From Rhodosorus marinus CCMP1338 (Eukaryota > Plantae > Rhodophyta): DNA of 64,000 bases. Shown here piece by piece: positions 61,601 to 64,000 of this stretch (the stretch's first letter is position 1; each line of letters begins with the position of its first letter). Made by a program: the position numbers and the translations under genes. The notes under the pieces were generated by a model that saw only the letters and a program-made list of their open reading frames with translations, was not told where the DNA came from and ran no database searches. Location: contig JAMWBK010000003.1 in the NCBI GenBank assembly GCA_029953675.1, positions 1,488,001-1,552,000 of the forward strand, read 5' to 3'.

Positions 61601-62633
61601 AGGAGGTGAAGAAGGAGGATTGTGTTTGGATTGTTTCCTTGTAGAGGATCGGTTTGTTTTGTCTTATTTTTGTTCGTTTCGTTGTTAGGTGGGTTCAGGG
61701 TTTTGCTTTTGTAACTTTTCTGGGATTTGGGCTTTTCTTTTAGTGTTGCGTGTTCTTGTTTTTGGGATTGGGAACCAGTCTGCTAAGCTTTGGTTGTGAG
61801 GAGGTTTGGACAGTGGTGGTGCTGGTGGTGTTTTTTTTGTTCGTGCCCCTTTCTTTTTCGGTGGTGCTTTTGGCTGACCGAGAAGAAGGCGTAAATAAAT
61901 TGGAAGAGCGTGGTTTTGTCACCATTGTGTATATTTTGTTGGGAAGCCCAGAAGTCCCGTCGAGAGCTTTTGAGTCGAGGGGGGTTGTCTGTAAAGGAAC
62001 TTTTGGTCCGGAAATATTAATTTTTGTTAATTGAAAGGGAAGCGTGCTAGTTTGGGTTGGTTGAGGGGCTTCTTGGAAGCATCGGCGGATTGTCAACCGA
62101 TATTTACCTACCAACGCATCTTGCAGCTGGGGAGGCTTTTGCAGCTACGAAGTTCAGCGGAGCAACCGCGAAAGACGCTCCTTCCGGCTTGTCCTCCGGC
62201 CACGCGCTCCTCTCGCTCGTTTGCTCTGAAGCTGGTGAGATGCCGCTCCAAGCAAAGTGATGTCGAGCTCTCTTCACTATGAAAATGCTGTTTGCCAATG
62301 GGATTGTAATAACTCTTTTCACTACCATTTTCTGCGTTTCACCGTCCCGCCTGCCTGTTCTGAATATCACAATGGGCTTGTTGGTCCTTGCCTTTGCATA
62401 GTTTGGGAAATATAGTGCTCAGGCCCTTTTATTTGAGGAATGCACTGTGCTCATTCCTTTCTCTTCTGGTCTTCTTCTTTCCCCCCAACCAGTAACGGCG
62501 GCAAGTGGTTTTCCCCTAGGGGAACGAGACAATTTGTATCACCGGACGTTTTCGTCAACTGGGTTGCTGCCCGGAACAGTCACTCGTACATAAAGTTCAC
62601 TGTGCGGGAAAGGGACATAGACAGGGGGAAGAG

Positions 62634-63305
62634 ATGCAGACAGCGAAGGTTGAGGTGATTGAGCCAAAGGCTGAGGCGGCTGAAGTCTCTGCTGATGCCC
62701 CTGTAGAAAAAAAAGAAGCGATCCCGAAGGAGTTATCGCTTGTGGAAAGCATGGGAACCAACGGGATCATTCCGGACATTCAGAACGTCGTAGCAACCGC
62801 AAGTCTAGGAGTGCAGCTGGATTTGAAAACAGTGGCTATGAAGGCTCGGAACGCAGAGTACAACCCGAAGCGCTTCGCCGCCGTAATCATGAGAATAAGA
62901 GAGCCAAAAACTACCGCCTTGATCTTTTCGTCCGGGAAAATTGTCGTTACCGGAGCGAAGCATGAGGACTTGTCTAGAACAGCGACGAAGAAGTATAGCA
63001 AGATCATCCAAAAGTGCGGGTACACGGATGCGAAGTTGAATGAGTTCAGCGTGCAGAACATCGTCGCGAGCTGCGACGTACAGTTTCCTGTTCGTTTGGA
63101 GGCTCTTCACACTGAGCATTCCGGGTTCTGTACTTACGAGCCCGAAATTTTTCCGGGGCTCGTCTATCGTATGATGTCCCCGAGAATTGTTCTCCTAATA
63201 TTTGTTTCCGGGAAGGTCGTTTTAACTGGTGCCAAGGTCCGAGACGATACTTACAGGGCCTTCCAGAAAATCTATCATGTACTATCACAATTTAGAAAGG
63301 GTTGA
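62634..63305 (+). CDS. TBP: TATA-box binding protein, 223 aa, intronless
   Basis: IQNVVAT..L...[37 protein letters not shown] and [15 protein letters not shown]...[31 protein letters not shown]; all four DNA-intercalating Phe are present. Confidence 0.98.
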   Translation: MQTAKVEVIEPKAEAAEVSADAPVEKKEAIPKELSLVESMGTNGIIPDIQNVVATASLGVQLDLKTVAMKARNAEYNPKRFAAVIMRIREPKTTALIFSSGKIVVTGAKHEDLSRTATKKYSKIIQKCGYTDAKLNEFSVQNIVASCDVQFPVRLEALHTEHSGFCTYEPEIFPGLVYRMMSPRIVLLIFVSGKVVLTGAKVRDDTYRAFQKIYHVLSQFRKG

Positions 63306-63727
63306 GGTGAATGCTGTGTTTTTCCCGCCCACATTATGATAAAAAACTAAACTAAGCGTTGCACATAAGACCCTGAATTAATTCCTGTCTCTTCCAGCCT
63401 GTGATCGATCGCACATCAGGGCCCTGTCGTGAATTTGACATCAGCAAAGTACCGAGAAACGCGGATAGCTGTGGATACTCATGGGTGCATGGGCAATGTA
63501 CTAGCTCCAGCCTTTCCGGCTGTCCGCATTGCTGATCAACCATATTTCTGGAATAGACCCGCCACACTCCACTCCTCTCAGTGAATGGTCGACTGCACCA
63601 GAATCGACTTCATGAACTGACAACTTTCTAGACAAGCCTTAACTGTGAATCCATGGCAATGTGCCGTTACATGTTGTCCACACGTACAACGAAAGCATTG
63701 CTAAGAGGCGGAGCGCTGAAAACATCG

Positions 63728-64000
63728 TCAAGCGCAATCGCGTTCTACTTCGTCGGCAGCAAGGACCCGCTTTCGCGGCTCTGTCCTTCTCAGCTCATTG
63801 GTATGCACAGAAACTTGTAACCCCACTTGGGGTGGTGGTGATAGCCCGACTGGAATAGACACATGAACTTGGGTTTCTGTACAACAAGGAACTTCCTGGA
63901 TTTCGAATATTGAAAACTCGAGAAAGTCTCCTGACCTTCTTGATCGAGATTTAGGCTGAGCTCTGCCCCTTCGGCAAGTTCAGTTCTAGAGTCAAAGAGA
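63728..64000 (-). CDS. Possible 3' end of a minus-strand gene entering from outside the window
   Basis: An open frame runs from the window edge (LFDSRTELAEGAELSLNLDQE). A possible later exon encodes EVPCCTETQVHVSIPVG...DEVERDCA*. No recognisable motif. Confidence 0.25.

Noticed and set aside
1-64000. CRISPR array, rRNA, or TnpB/Fanzor-type nuclease
   Set aside because: No regularly spaced direct repeats, rRNA signature or RuvC-like motif set was seen in any frame examined.

Overview
Eukaryotic nuclear DNA with compact genes and short GT-AG introns (about 60-190 nt, often with a CTRAC-like branch point). A red alga is the likeliest source. This is an inference from 'MAFV/CFVAG'-type plastid transit peptides and a synthetase-only RSH; no database search was run. 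About 20 protein-coding genes can be assembled by hand. From left to right: a partial RbcX-like plastid protein, an RS2Z-type SR splicing factor, a 2-TM RING-H2 ligase, a C2H2 factor, a DnaJ-type Zn-finger protein, a 4-TM protein, three adjacent PPR genes, TFIIIC subunit 6, an orphan mitochondrial protein, Arl8, Vps35, a RelA/SpoT homolog, a plastid 2-TM protein, a bHLH-GAF factor, cytochrome b5, a mitochondrial carrier, an R3H-SUZ protein and TBP. Between them lie heavily decayed Gypsy and LINE relics. No tRNA, rRNA or CRISPR array was found. The strongest leads are (1) an RbcX-like chaperone candidate in a lineage whose form ID Rubisco is not known to use RbcX, (2) a bHLH fused to an NLP-type GAF domain, and (3) a G/T-rich leader on nearly every gene that also points to two unannotated transcripts.
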